The position numbers and the translations under genes are program-made. Shown here one piece after another: positions 28,536 to 38,039 of a stretch of 64,000 nt of DNA. The stretch comes from a virus. The stretch is taken from IMG/VR virus record IMGVR_UViG_3300020596_000014, positions 1 to 64,000 of that record. One strand, written 5' to 3'. Position 1 is the first letter of the stretch. Each line of letters opens with the position of its first letter. The notes under the pieces were generated by a model. It saw only the letters and a list, made by a program, of their open reading frames with translations, did not search any database and was not told the DNA's origin.

Positions 28536-29439
28536 GGTGCTGAGCCGTATGATAGCGCAACGCGTGCTCTAGACCTCGTTTGCCAATCTCAGCAACGCGC
28601 TCTACATCTAGCTCCTGGATTGCTGCGCGCAGCTCCCACGAGGTCGTGAATGAGACCGCGTGGACGTCGTCGATAAACGGGTCAGACATCACAATGTTGT
28701 ACCGCTGATACAAAACACAAGCTCCGGAACCTACAGCGTCCCAGAAACGGTCACAGATGTCGCCGCCACCCCAGCAATCGATGACGAAACGCGAGCGTGT
28801 TAGAGTGTCACGGTACTCACTTTCCGACATCCCTGTTTTCACGACAACGTTGAGCTCACCAGCCAGCGATTGTGCCACTTCAATGGCTTCTTTTCGCAGA
28901 CCAGTCTTGGTGTGACTGAACGAGCAAAGCACATCAATGTCACGTGGAGCATTGGATCGCAGAATGTGCTTCTCGCGCAACGCAAACGGGAGCGGAATGA
29001 CTCCGCGTGTCAGATCATCCGGGTAACACTCGCGCTTGAAGTAGAAGCCACACTCTTTTCGCATGTCTTCGTTGAGCCACGGCTCACCGCGTCGAAGTCG
29101 CGGATCGACAAGCGAACCAGCAACTTGTTCTGGCGTATCCCAACCGTCAGCACGCCATTCAGAACCACAGATGTAAGCCTTGCGCTCGCGAGACTGGTGG
29201 ATCTGCGAAAGCAGGTAGTGACGCGGAGGCGCGTTGTTGCGCACCTTGCCAAAGCAGGCGATGACGAGATCACATCTGTTCGCGGCCTCGACGAACGTGT
29301 CGTCCGTCATGCGAGCATCGCAGAAGCCATTGCCTGGGTCTGACACGATGAGCTCGTGACCGAGTTGATGGAAGCCTTCTAGAACGGTCTCGACCAAGTA
29401 ATCGCGTTTACCTTGCGGCGTGATGAAGGCGATCTTCAT
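28498..29439 (-). CDS. Glycosyltransferase (Glyco_trans_1_2-like)
   Basis: YFKRE, RDIDV, Y...L.RSRF.I...GGG..CDRFWD; start MKIAF at 29439. Confidence 0.78.
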   Translation of the reverse strand: MKIAFITPQGKRDYLVETVLEGFHQLGHELIVSDPGNGFCDARMTDDTFVEAANRCDLVIACFGKVRNNAPPRHYLLSQIHQSRERKAYICGSEWRADGWDTPEQVAGSLVDPRLRRGEPWLNEDMRKECGFYFKRECYPDDLTRGVIPLPFALREKHILRSNAPRDIDVLCSFSHTKTGLRKEAIEVAQSLAGELNVVVKTGMSESEYRDTLTRSRFVIDCWGGGDICDRFWDAVGSGACVLYQRYNIVMSDPFIDDVHAVSFTTSWELRAAIQELDVERVAEIGKRGLEHALRYHTAQHRAQRILDSVFSK

Positions 29440-30371
29440 CACATCCTCATCAACACATCGAGGTACTTCGCACACATCGTTTCGGAGCTCAGATCGGCCG
29501 ACTCCGCCGACGCTGCGTAGTTTCGGTAGTGGTTTCTGATCTTTGTCAACGCCGCTTTGAGCTCGGACACGTCGCTGATGCCCTCGCCGTAACGCTTGCA
29601 GAGCTCCACAACTCCTCCGCCGTCGTTGTGATAAACAATCGGAAGCCCCGATGCCGCTCCTTCGACGTGGTGTGAGCCACATGCTTCCCAACGCGCGGCC
29701 GTGACGTACACGTCATGCTTGCGCAGCTCATTGCCGAGCGCCTCCCCGTAGAGAGGTGCGATGATCTTGGTGTGACGTGCCATAGTCACGAAATCTTTTG
29801 GGTATCGTCCAACATATGTGAACTCGATGGGGGCGCCAACATCAATGAGTTTGTCGATGTGCCTGTATAGGTCTAAGCCCTTGGAAACGTTATCAGACCA
29901 ATGGTGTGTGACAAGCTTAAGCGTGTTGCTCAACTCGCGTTGTTGTTTGGGATAAAAGAACTTCTTCTCACAACCGTTGGTGATGACGGTCGATTTGCTC
30001 GACGTCAGACCTTTCGTCACGAAGTAGTCAGCGACCCACTTAGAGATGAACACGGTGGCGTCAGCGACCATTCGATTGGCATTGATGATGATGTTATCGA
30101 GTACATCACCGCCACGAGTTTTTCCTGTGTCGTTGACTCGATGAAGAACCTGCGTGACCGGGAAGTTCCGCTTGTATGAGTCAATATTATGAACGTCGAA
30201 CCCGCCTTCCTCCTGTCGTGGATCAAGCATGATGATGACATCGATGTCGTTCTCAAGACGATGCACGACCTCGTGTCCGCGCGCGGTCAGGTAGTCCGCA
30301 AACGTAGTCGCAAAGTGGGCGCCGCCGCCCCAAGGTGAACGTCGGATCGCGCGGTTGAACGCGATCTTCAT
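29439..30371 (-). CDS. Glycosyltransferase, GT4-like
   Basis: PWGGG, NG, KG.D, EACGSHHVEGAASGLP. Confidence 0.85.
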   Translation of the reverse strand: MKIAFNRAIRRSPWGGGAHFATTFADYLTARGHEVVHRLENDIDVIIMLDPRQEEGGFDVHNIDSYKRNFPVTQVLHRVNDTGKTRGGDVLDNIIINANRMVADATVFISKWVADYFVTKGLTSSKSTVITNGCEKKFFYPKQQRELSNTLKLVTHHWSDNVSKGLDLYRHIDKLIDVGAPIEFTYVGRYPKDFVTMARHTKIIAPLYGEALGNELRKHDVYVTAARWEACGSHHVEGAASGLPIVYHNDGGGVVELCKRYGEGISDVSELKAALTKIRNHYRNYAASAESADLSSETMCAKYLDVLMRM

Positions 30372-30550
30372 CCGCTAATCATTCTCACGACGAGTGCGTT
30401 AAACAGCTCAACCTGCTGCTCGTGTGTGATATCGTCTAATTTACTCATGAACGCCGCAAATATGGAGTCAGTAATCCGCTTTCGGTGCGATGTCAACGCG
30501 TCGTACATTTGACTTTCCAAATTGAAGGCGGAGTTCTCGATGTCATTCAT
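30368..30550 (-). CDS. Small hypothetical protein
   Basis: 60 aa, coupled at both ends. Confidence 0.55.
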   Translation of the reverse strand: MNDIENSAFNLESQMYDALTSHRKRITDSIFAAFMSKLDDITHEQQVELFNALVVRMISG

Positions 30551-31491
30551 GCGAACCTCTGATAATAATGGTCGATCGTCTTCTTGAGAGCCACGTCGAA
30601 CGGGGTGAAAGCGTTGGTCGGGATGTCACTTTCGATCCAGTACCGCCGATCGTGGCCGAGCCGATCTTCGACGTGCTTGATGCGCTCCGGGTTGGCCATG
30701 TAACCGCGTTCGTCGAGTACATCTACAACACGTCTGATTGTCTCGATATTTTCCAGCGAGAACCCGCTCGAGATATTCAGGATGCGGTTGCGTTCGCCGG
30801 TCACAATCGTGTCGCGGATCGCTTTGACGGTGTCGCCGGCGTACGTCCACTCGCGGACCTGGCGACCATCTCCGTAAAGAGGAAAGATTGCTTTCGCATC
30901 ATACGAGATGAGCGTCTCAACAAGCTTGGGCAAGAATTTCTCAGCGTGCTGACGCGGCCCGAAGTTGTTCGATGGTCGGAAAATGAGATATGACTGCTTG
31001 AATGTGTTGTGATACGAGAGTAACATCATGTCGGCCGCGGCCTTCGTGACCGAGTACGGGTTGCGAGGTCGGAGAGGGTCCGTTGTCTCGAATCCGATGT
31101 CGGAGTCGACCGCGTCGCCGTAGACCTCGTCAGTCGACAGTTGACAGAAGAGCGTCTCGTATTCGCGCGCGAGATCCATTAAAACTGTCGCGCCAGCAAG
31201 ATTGGTTTGGACGAACGGAGCGCTATCTCGAATTGAATTGTCAACATGAGTTTCCGCGGCAAAATTGACGACAACATCAAAGCGGTTCTCGCGGAAAACC
31301 GCACGCATTGTTGAGACGTCGCAGATGTCGGCATTCTCAAATGTGAACGGACGCGGCATATCGTCAAGGTTCTCGAGCTTGCCGGCATATGTGAGCTTGT
31401 CGACGATGAACACATCGTCGTCGCAGGAGAGGAAATGATGGACGGCGTGACTACCGATGAAGCCGGCTCCGCCGGTAATGAGAACTTTCAC
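30547..31491 (-). CDS. rmlB: dTDP-glucose 4,6-dehydratase
   Basis: GGAGFIG, DKLTYAG, FAAETHVD, STDEVYG, PYSVTKA, GHDRRY. Confidence 0.93.
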   Translation of the reverse strand: MKVLITGGAGFIGSHAVHHFLSCDDDVFIVDKLTYAGKLENLDDMPRPFTFENADICDVSTMRAVFRENRFDVVVNFAAETHVDNSIRDSAPFVQTNLAGATVLMDLAREYETLFCQLSTDEVYGDAVDSDIGFETTDPLRPRNPYSVTKAAADMMLLSYHNTFKQSYLIFRPSNNFGPRQHAEKFLPKLVETLISYDAKAIFPLYGDGRQVREWTYAGDTVKAIRDTIVTGERNRILNISSGFSLENIETIRRVVDVLDERGYMANPERIKHVEDRLGHDRRYWIESDIPTNAFTPFDVALKKTIDHYYQRFA

Positions 31492-32408
31492 GACGTCTTC
31501 CCGTAGTTCTCTACACACCAATCGATGACCTCGGCTGCTGTGCGAGGATGGTACCCAGTCGACTTGAGCTTGTCAATGTTAAGCACGGTGTTCACACGTT
31601 TCACGTCGATGGAATCAAGATATTCCTGGTAATCGACAGGCTGCGGATTGAGTGTGGGGTTGAGTTTGGTTAGCTTGACCGCGATCTCGTAAGGCGAGAT
31701 TGTACCTTCGTTTGCACAGTTGAAGATGCCGGTCGCGTCGCACGTGAGCAGGTGATCGATCATCTCGGCGAAGTTTTCGATACATGTGATGCTGTTCGCC
31801 GACTCAATGAAACGCGCTGGCTGAGGCACACTGAGAAACTTCGTGAGAAGGTTTGTCTTGTACGGGACCGCGCTGACAAGCTGTCGCGGACGCAAGATGA
31901 GAACTGGGATGTCAAGCTTCGCGCCGAGAATGAAGTTGTCAGCCTCAGCTTTTGAGTTCGCGTAGAAGCTCGCAGGTGTGGGCACGTCCTTCTCGGTGTA
32001 GGCCTTGCCAGTGCCCATGCCATCAAAAATGCAACCGCTCGAGATGTGGACAAGCTTGAATCCAAGCACATTACACGCTAGAGCTACGTTGAGCGCGCCG
32101 CCGGTGTTGACAGCCCAACATTGCTCTTTATTTTGATCGCACCACTCGAGATTGATCATGGCGGCCGTATTGATGACAACTGGTGCAATCTCGGGTAAGT
32201 GCCATACATTTCCCATACGATTAGGATTCGCATTGTGAATCGCGACATGATCACGTGCACTTGAATTTCCGCGATCACAAGCTTCGCGTAGAACTTTGGC
32301 TAGTTTAAGCGGCTCATCACAGATCTCGATATCTTTGTGACCGAGGACAACGTCTCCTGGTTTTTTGATCTGCTGCGCAACCTTACCGTTGCCGATGATA
32401 ATTCTCAT
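31488..32408 (-). CDS. rmlD: NDP-4-keto-6-deoxyhexose reductase (RmlD-like, possibly bifunctional 3,5-epimerase/4-reductase)
   Basis: VINTAA, HISSGCIF, SFYANSK, NLLTK, GIFN..NEG. Confidence 0.75.
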   Translation of the reverse strand: MRIIIGNGKVAQQIKKPGDVVLGHKDIEICDEPLKLAKVLREACDRGNSSARDHVAIHNANPNRMGNVWHLPEIAPVVINTAAMINLEWCDQNKEQCWAVNTGGALNVALACNVLGFKLVHISSGCIFDGMGTGKAYTEKDVPTPASFYANSKAEADNFILGAKLDIPVLILRPRQLVSAVPYKTNLLTKFLSVPQPARFIESANSITCIENFAEMIDHLLTCDATGIFNCANEGTISPYEIAVKLTKLNPTLNPQPVDYQEYLDSIDVKRVNTVLNIDKLKSTGYHPRTAAEVIDWCVENYGKTS

Positions 32409-33127
32409 TGTTTACTCCAAATCATCTTACAAGCTCTTTCGTAAGAATCGTGAGTGCCAGCGTCGATCCAGCCGCCCGCGACGCGATGCACAACACCATT
32501 TTGATTCTTGACGACGTAGCGATTCACGTCGCTGATCTCGTACTCGCCACGGGCTGACGGTTTCAGCTTCTTGATAATGTCGAAGACCGAAAAGTTATAG
32601 AGATACAAGCCGAGAACAGCGTCATTGCTTGGCGGGTTGATCGGCTTCTCGACGACGTCGTCCACGAAGTTGTCTCTGTCGTACGACACGACGCCGAACC
32701 GTTGAGGGTCTGGTACTTCCTTGACAAACAAGCCATATGTGTGGTCAGAACTATCGAACGCAGCGATGTCGGCACTAACTGTGTCAAGATCCTCAAAGAT
32801 GTTATCTCCTAGGATGACAGCGAACTTGTCATGACCCACGAAAGCCTCACACATGCCGAGCGCCGCGGCGATTCCGTTTGCTTCCTCTTGAACTCTGTAA
32901 GTCATCTGGCAACCGTATTCCTTACCAGAGCCAAGTGAGGCCACAATCGCGCCCATGTGTTCTGACCCCGTGATCAGCATCACATCAGTGATACCAGCCT
33001 TCAGCAACACATCGAGCACATGAACGATGATGGGACGACGACCCATCGGAAGCAACGACTTGTTGACTGCGCGTGTCAGAGGTGCAAGGCGAGAACCGGT
33101 GCCGCCGGCGAGGATAATGCCCTTCAT
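32405..33127 (-). CDS. rmlA: Glucose-1-phosphate thymidylyltransferase (short form)
   Basis: MKGIILAGGTGSRLAPLT...K.LLP, LGDNIF, SARGEYEISD, WIDAGT. Confidence 0.92.
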   Translation of the reverse strand: MKGIILAGGTGSRLAPLTRAVNKSLLPMGRRPIIVHVLDVLLKAGITDVMLITGSEHMGAIVASLGSGKEYGCQMTYRVQEEANGIAAALGMCEAFVGHDKFAVILGDNIFEDLDTVSADIAAFDSSDHTYGLFVKEVPDPQRFGVVSYDRDNFVDDVVEKPINPPSNDAVLGLYLYNFSVFDIIKKLKPSARGEYEISDVNRYVVKNQNGVVHRVAGGWIDAGTHDSYERACKMIWSKQ

Positions 33128-34191
33128 TAGCGCGAAATATAGCGCTTATTTTGGGAACAGTTCCTGATTGCCATCAAGAGATTGAAGTCGGTCCAGCCTT
33201 GCTGTGCGTTGTATAGAAGCTTCATGTCTCCGCTGGAGCTGACGTGATCAGCAAAGTTGTCGACAATGACCTTAAGAGCTTCTTGTTGATCAGTCAGGTC
33301 GAGCGTCGATGAGTGCCAGTTACACAACAGCTTCCCATTCTTTTCGTAAGCTTCGATCGAACGCGTCTTGCCAGCAAGGTTGAGATGACAATCCACCTTG
33401 ATCTCACGTGAATTTGCGTCTTCCGTGGCGACACGCACCTCGAAGTCGTTGTCGTCGTTCGAAATGGTGGCGCGGTCTGTGTAGATCCGAAGCGATCGCG
33501 GCTTGCGATACGGACACCGATTGTACAGAGAGCTAAAGTTGTAGACGACCATCGCGCCGTTGGCGAAACGGACCTGGCCATTGTCCCAGTTCTCAGTGTG
33601 ACCACGTTGTTCAACTCCATTGCCATCCTTGAAAGGGGCGAGAGGAGAGGAGTGCGACATGCCGCAGATGTCGATGGCGGGAACATCGAAGCCGATGTAG
33701 CGACGCAGCTGCGCGAAGCCATGATACTCGAACGTGCGATTGTCGTTCACAACTGTGTGCGGCACGCCGAACATCAGCGGATGAGCGGCGAGCATCTTCA
33801 TTTTGATCTGCTCGCTTGGCAGGTAAGGGGTCTGCTCGGCGATGGCGAGAGAGACATTGGAACGTGTAGCTTCCTCCACAACTTGTTTGGTCCACACTGG
33901 CGTTTCGGCCAAAATTGGCTTGCGGTAGCCGATGCACTGCATCGTCACCTCGGTGAGCACCGAGGAGTTGACAGCAATGATGAGAGCATCGCAAGCGTTC
34001 GACAGTTTGTCGAGCTCGGAGTAGCGTGTGTAGCCAAACGCGTCGGTTAGCTTCTGACCCTTCGCGGCATCACGGTTCCAGAAGCCGACAACGTCGATGT
34101 TAGAGTTCGACTTCAGCACCGGCGCATACATGTCATGAACACGTCGACCTGCGCCGACGATCCCGACACGAAGCTTGCCTTCATTCACCAT
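33127..34191 (-). CDS. Gfo/Idh/MocA-family oxidoreductase
   Basis: VGIVGAG; LAETP (variant of EKP); YHG. Confidence 0.8.
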   Translation of the reverse strand: MVNEGKLRVGIVGAGRRVHDMYAPVLKSNSNIDVVGFWNRDAAKGQKLTDAFGYTRYSELDKLSNACDALIIAVNSSVLTEVTMQCIGYRKPILAETPVWTKQVVEEATRSNVSLAIAEQTPYLPSEQIKMKMLAAHPLMFGVPHTVVNDNRTFEYHGFAQLRRYIGFDVPAIDICGMSHSSPLAPFKDGNGVEQRGHTENWDNGQVRFANGAMVVYNFSSLYNRCPYRKPRSLRIYTDRATISNDDNDFEVRVATEDANSREIKVDCHLNLAGKTRSIEAYEKNGKLLCNWHSSTLDLTDQQEALKVIVDNFADHVSSSGDMKLLYNAQQGWTDFNLLMAIRNCSQNKRYISR

Positions 34192-35089
34192 TTTTCTTCT
34201 CCTTGATGTATTTGATGTGGCTCAACACGTCTTTCCAAGCGTCAACTCGGCCATCGTACTTGAGCTCAGCCTCCAGATCGTTGACGTACGGGTTGCCACC
34301 GTAGCCGTCACTGAGACGCTTCTTCACGTACTCATTTATGTTCTCGAGCAATGTGTCAGACTTGCTCTCACGACCACGCAGGTACTGATCGTGTAGCCTT
34401 CGGTGATGATCTTTTGAGGCGAACCTCTTCTCATACTCGTGTTCCAACGCGAACGAGTACATCACACGGATCGAACCCTTCGGGTTCACGTCTGGAACAA
34501 CGCCATGTAGCATCGACGACTCAAAGAGAAGTGCGCTCTCATTTGATGACTCGATGATCTCGTTTTCGTATTTTCCAACAAGCATCGCGTCGAAACGTGC
34601 GTCGTTCACCATGCAACGATGTGAGCCTCGAATGAACTTCAAGCGTGGCTCAGTGTCTTCGAACTTCGGGTAGAAGTTGAGCTTCACTGCAGCTGGGAAA
34701 GCGCCAACGATAGGGTCTGATGCGTATTGATAAGCGTCACGGTGCCAATCCTGGTAGGACGGCCCGGGAAGGGTTTTGACGACCTGGATGTGATAGAGGC
34801 ACAGGCGACGACCTGTGAGCTCCTCGAGCCTCTCGGGCACGCGGTTCCCCCACAAGAAGTACAAAAAGTGTGGGCTGTACTCGAACGCCGACGGTCGTAA
34901 GTGAAAGGAGTTTTGACCCTTCTGTTCCCACGTGAAGTCAGCACGCGTTTGACCATCCCATAGTTCACGTAGATCTTCAAGCAGACGAGGGTTGTACCCT
35001 GTGGTGCCAACCGGGATCGATTCCAGTCCGTTGGCGAAGAACCTCTCGGCTGGGAGGAGGGTAGACTGATTAAAGTCGACGAGCTTCAT
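34181..35089 (-). CDS. PhyH-like 2OG-Fe(II) dioxygenase
   Basis: WHRD, FIRGSH, LHG, R; start at ATG 35089. Confidence 0.8.
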   Translation of the reverse strand: MKLVDFNQSTLLPAERFFANGLESIPVGTTGYNPRLLEDLRELWDGQTRADFTWEQKGQNSFHLRPSAFEYSPHFLYFLWGNRVPERLEELTGRRLCLYHIQVVKTLPGPSYQDWHRDAYQYASDPIVGAFPAAVKLNFYPKFEDTEPRLKFIRGSHRCMVNDARFDAMLVGKYENEIIESSNESALLFESSMLHGVVPDVNPKGSIRVMYSFALEHEYEKRFASKDHHRRLHDQYLRGRESKSDTLLENINEYVKKRLSDGYGGNPYVNDLEAELKYDGRVDAWKDVLSHIKYIKEKKNGE

Positions 35090-36018
35090 TTCAATGCAGA
35101 CCGTAACACGTCTGCATATGCTTCCGAGCACTTCATAATGTCTACGGTAGCAGGATCGACACTAAACATCATCTCGGAGAGATTAGGGACGTTTAGTGGA
35201 ACTCTTGGTGGGTTGTCGTAATCGACGAGCTCGTAATCGTATGAGTCTTTGTCGGCGATGACGATGCCGTTGTTTGGAAGCACAAGCTCTTTCGTACCGC
35301 CCTCGCTGGAGCAGATAATGGGGCATCCTTGCCCGATGGCCTCAACCACAACGTTCGGGCAATGGTCGAGCCACGCCAAATGGATCATCCAGTCGGCCAT
35401 TGAGTAGACCTCGGCACACAAGTCGTGACGGATGCTGCCCGTGTAAAAGATACCCTTATCAGCAACCTGGTAGTCCGGATTGTTTCCCAGAACTATGAGA
35501 CACGAGTTGGGGTATTGTGTGGATCGGATGTGACGGAACATCTCAACGTTGTCGCATAGACGTTTCTGCGGATGCCAATTCGCCGAACAGACGAATACTT
35601 TGTCGAAGCGATTTCGGATCTCGATCAACACCTCACTCCGTAGTGTGACTTGTTTGATCTCCACGCCGTTCGAGATGACTGATCCCTTCCGCTCACCAAA
35701 CCACTTAGAGCTCATCGTGCGGTCGAACTCGCTCTGCCAAACGACGCTAGCGGCAGCATCGTAAGCAGCATGGATGCCACGATTCATTCCGCCGTGCATC
35801 TGCTCGGGAGCAAACCAAATTCCGTCAAGTCGTTGAATAAACGGTTTTCGCATATTCAGCTGTGTCGTCGGCTCTATGAATACTAAGGCGACGTCGTAGT
35901 CGTCTGAGTCCGCTACCGAGATATCCAGATGAGCAAGCTGCATAGCTAGCCGCTTCGCAAAACAGTTAGGGCCGGTGTGCTCGGCTTCGAAGTTGACGCC
36001 GTCGAAAAAAACCTTCAT
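35086..36018 (-). CDS. Glycosyltransferase, GT4-like
   Basis: RLDG, QS.F, NG, KR, DHCPNVVVEA...GCP...GG..E. Confidence 0.85.
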   Translation of the reverse strand: MKVFFDGVNFEAEHTGPNCFAKRLAMQLAHLDISVADSDDYDVALVFIEPTTQLNMRKPFIQRLDGIWFAPEQMHGGMNRGIHAAYDAAASVVWQSEFDRTMSSKWFGERKGSVISNGVEIKQVTLRSEVLIEIRNRFDKVFVCSANWHPQKRLCDNVEMFRHIRSTQYPNSCLIVLGNNPDYQVADKGIFYTGSIRHDLCAEVYSMADWMIHLAWLDHCPNVVVEAIGQGCPIICSSEGGTKELVLPNNGIVIADKDSYDYELVDYDNPPRVPLNVPNLSEMMFSVDPATVDIMKCSEAYADVLRSALK

Positions 36019-36039
36019 GCATCATCAATTTAGTCGCTC

Positions 36040-36168
36040 TCACCAGGTGTTGGTGAGAACTGCTTTTGTTAGGCGATATACAAGCGTCGCGTCAGTCGAG
36101 ACGATCGGCAACATCAGCAACGTGAAGCAAAACGGATGGGTGTTCGCGAAGATCCAGACATCACTCAC
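36040..36168 (-). CDS. Small hydrophobic protein
   Basis: MSDVWIFANTHPFCFTLLMLPIV...; GTGA overlap upstream. Confidence 0.45.
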   Translation of the reverse strand: MSDVWIFANTHPFCFTLLMLPIVSTDATLVYRLTKAVLTNTW

Positions 36169-36461
36169 AGTTTGAGCTTCAGTTTGCGCGTCAACGGCAT
36201 CGACCAACCTGCCTCGAGTGCTTTCTTTTCCCACGCCTGCAAACCTTTTGGTTTTACAGGAAAGGTTCCACCCCAACCGCAATGGTAGCAGTTTGCCTCT
36301 GGGCAAGGCTTAGCAAAGGATGTTCCATGATCTTGACCGGTATCGTCAGAGCAATCACAGATGAAACCAGAACAATCATCACTATTAAAATTAAGACACA
36401 TGCCTTTGCCGTGCTCGTTCGCATCGGCATCGCACTTCGGGCATGCCCAATCGAACTTCAT
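36165..36461 (-). CDS. Cys-rich zinc-binding hypothetical protein
   Basis: CPKC, CxC, CYHC. Confidence 0.65.
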   Translation of the reverse strand: MKFDWACPKCDADANEHGKGMCLNFNSDDCSGFICDCSDDTGQDHGTSFAKPCPEANCYHCGWGGTFPVKPKGLQAWEKKALEAGWSMPLTRKLKLKL

Positions 36462-36664
36462 GCGAGCACCGTCGGAGTAGAAAGTTTGCGTTTATAGAAC
36501 GCGCGGACATGCGCCGAGGACGGCTCATCGACAACCGACACAAGCTCCCAACCCTCTGCGCCAGGACCGTCAAGCTCGATCTGGATTCGCGCATCGGTTA
36601 CGACGTCGTCGGTGTCTAGCATGACAGAGATCTTCTTAGTCTTGTACTCCCACTTTGTGATCAC
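36458..36664 (-). CDS. DUF4177-like small protein
   Basis: KWEYKT...L...GAEGWELVSV...YKR. Confidence 0.7.
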   Translation of the reverse strand: MITKWEYKTKKISVMLDTDDVVTDARIQIELDGPGAEGWELVSVVDEPSSAHVRAFYKRKLSTPTVLA

Positions 36665-37122
36665 CGTGCGCCTCGCCTCTTCAGCTCGTCGAGAATCTCA
36701 CTCGCGAAACTTGCCTCGCTGAACAACCCAGCAATGAGTCGAAGATCTTGTAGCGGAACGTGATCGAGCTTACACTTCAAGTAGACCGGATGCACGTCAT
36801 GCTTCCATGTGTCTTCCTCGCGCGTGATGATTGGACTGTCGCCGACTTTGATCGTCTCATACATTTTCTGGGCGATCCAGCAGCGAGCGTCCTCGCTGAT
36901 GTTCTGCGAACCTTTTGCGAAGACGTTGTGAATGGTCTCGGAGACGCAATCAAACATCTCCTCCATTGAATCCTTCGTGAGCGTCTTGCCAACAAACTTC
37001 TGGAGCTTGATGCCGAGGTGGTAGCAGAGGACGTCGACGAACCGCGGACCACCGGGCTTGCCAACGTTCTTGGGGATCTGGACAGGATACGGGTTGGTCG
37101 GAGGGTTGTCTTGATCGTTCAT
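36661..37122 (-). CDS. Hypothetical protein
   Basis: Start reassigned to ATG 37122; 153 aa. Confidence 0.6.
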   Translation of the reverse strand: MNDQDNPPTNPYPVQIPKNVGKPGGPRFVDVLCYHLGIKLQKFVGKTLTKDSMEEMFDCVSETIHNVFAKGSQNISEDARCWIAQKMYETIKVGDSPIITREEDTWKHDVHPVYLKCKLDHVPLQDLRLIAGLFSEASFASEILDELKRRGAR

Positions 37123-37142
37123 GACTATCGTAGATTCTTGAT

Positions 37143-38039
37143 CTATTTCAGCGTTTCGAGCGTCTTGAGTGACAACTGTTCGTGTTTTGGTAGCAAAAAC
37201 TTCAAACGATCGTTCAGGTTGTCGAGTTCGACCCACTCGTCGGAGGTCATGCCGTCGTTTCGCATCTTCTTACCAGCTAGCATGTCACGACGCTCAATTT
37301 CGTCCATCGACATGTTAAGCAACCCACGCTTGCGCAAGAAATCGGCTTCCTCTTTCTGAAACTTGGCATCGTCCGTCTGAAATGTCTCCGGGTTCATGTC
37401 ACAACGATAGGCGTACATCGTGACTGGCACGTGAACGCGTCGCTTCGCGAGGGCAAGCACCGGCAGATAGATCGCTTGATCGCCGGCGCGTTTGATGTAC
37501 TCATCGTCGACGCCTCGATAGTTTGCGTCGAACACCTGCTTCGAGACGCTTTTTTTCCAAGTCTTGAAGTGACTGGAGACCCAGGAGTGTTTGTATGGAT
37601 CAGCTCCGTTGGGGAGTGCGGCCGAGATGTTCTGATTCGTAACGCCATTAGCGTCGTACCACCTGTGATTACTCCAAGCGGCCTCAAGATCCGGTATTTT
37701 CTCATATGCGCGAGCCATGATCTCAAGCGCGTTGAGGTCGCAGAGATAGTCATCGAGGTCGAGGCGACAGACAATCTCTTCATCACCCATCCATGACATG
37801 GCCTCGAGTACGTTGGAGACTTCCCAGCGTCGCTCATCATTACGTACAACGCGAATCTTGTCAGCGATCCCAAGCGATAATGCGACCGTCTCAACGTAGT
37901 CGGGTGTGCCATCGGTCGAGCAATCATCAACGATGACGGCGTGCCAATCTTTGTAACTCTGCCCGGCTAACGACACTAGCGCTTGCCAAGCGGTCTTGCT
38001 ACTGTTTCTGGTCGGGATCGCAAAGGCGAAGATGTTCAC
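37143..38039 (-). CDS. Glycosyltransferase family 2
   Basis: IP..N, Q.Y, VDDCSTDGT, LDLDDYL. Confidence 0.88.
   Translation of the reverse strand: MNIFAFAIPTRNSSKTAWQALVSLAGQSYKDWHAVIVDDCSTDGTPDYVETVALSLGIADKIRVVRNDERRWEVSNVLEAMSWMGDEEIVCRLDLDDYLCDLNALEIMARAYEKIPDLEAAWSNHRWYDANGVTNQNISAALPNGADPYKHSWVSSHFKTWKKSVSKQVFDANYRGVDDEYIKRAGDQAIYLPVLALAKRRVHVPVTMYAYRCDMNPETFQTDDAKFQKEEADFLRKRGLLNMSMDEIERRDMLAGKKMRNDGMTSDEWVELDNLNDRLKFLLPKHEQLSLKTLETLK

Noticed and set aside
36661-37122. Possible tail-sheath C-terminal fragment (LQKFVGKTLT...)
   Set aside because: Resemblance is too short and generic to support without a profile search.
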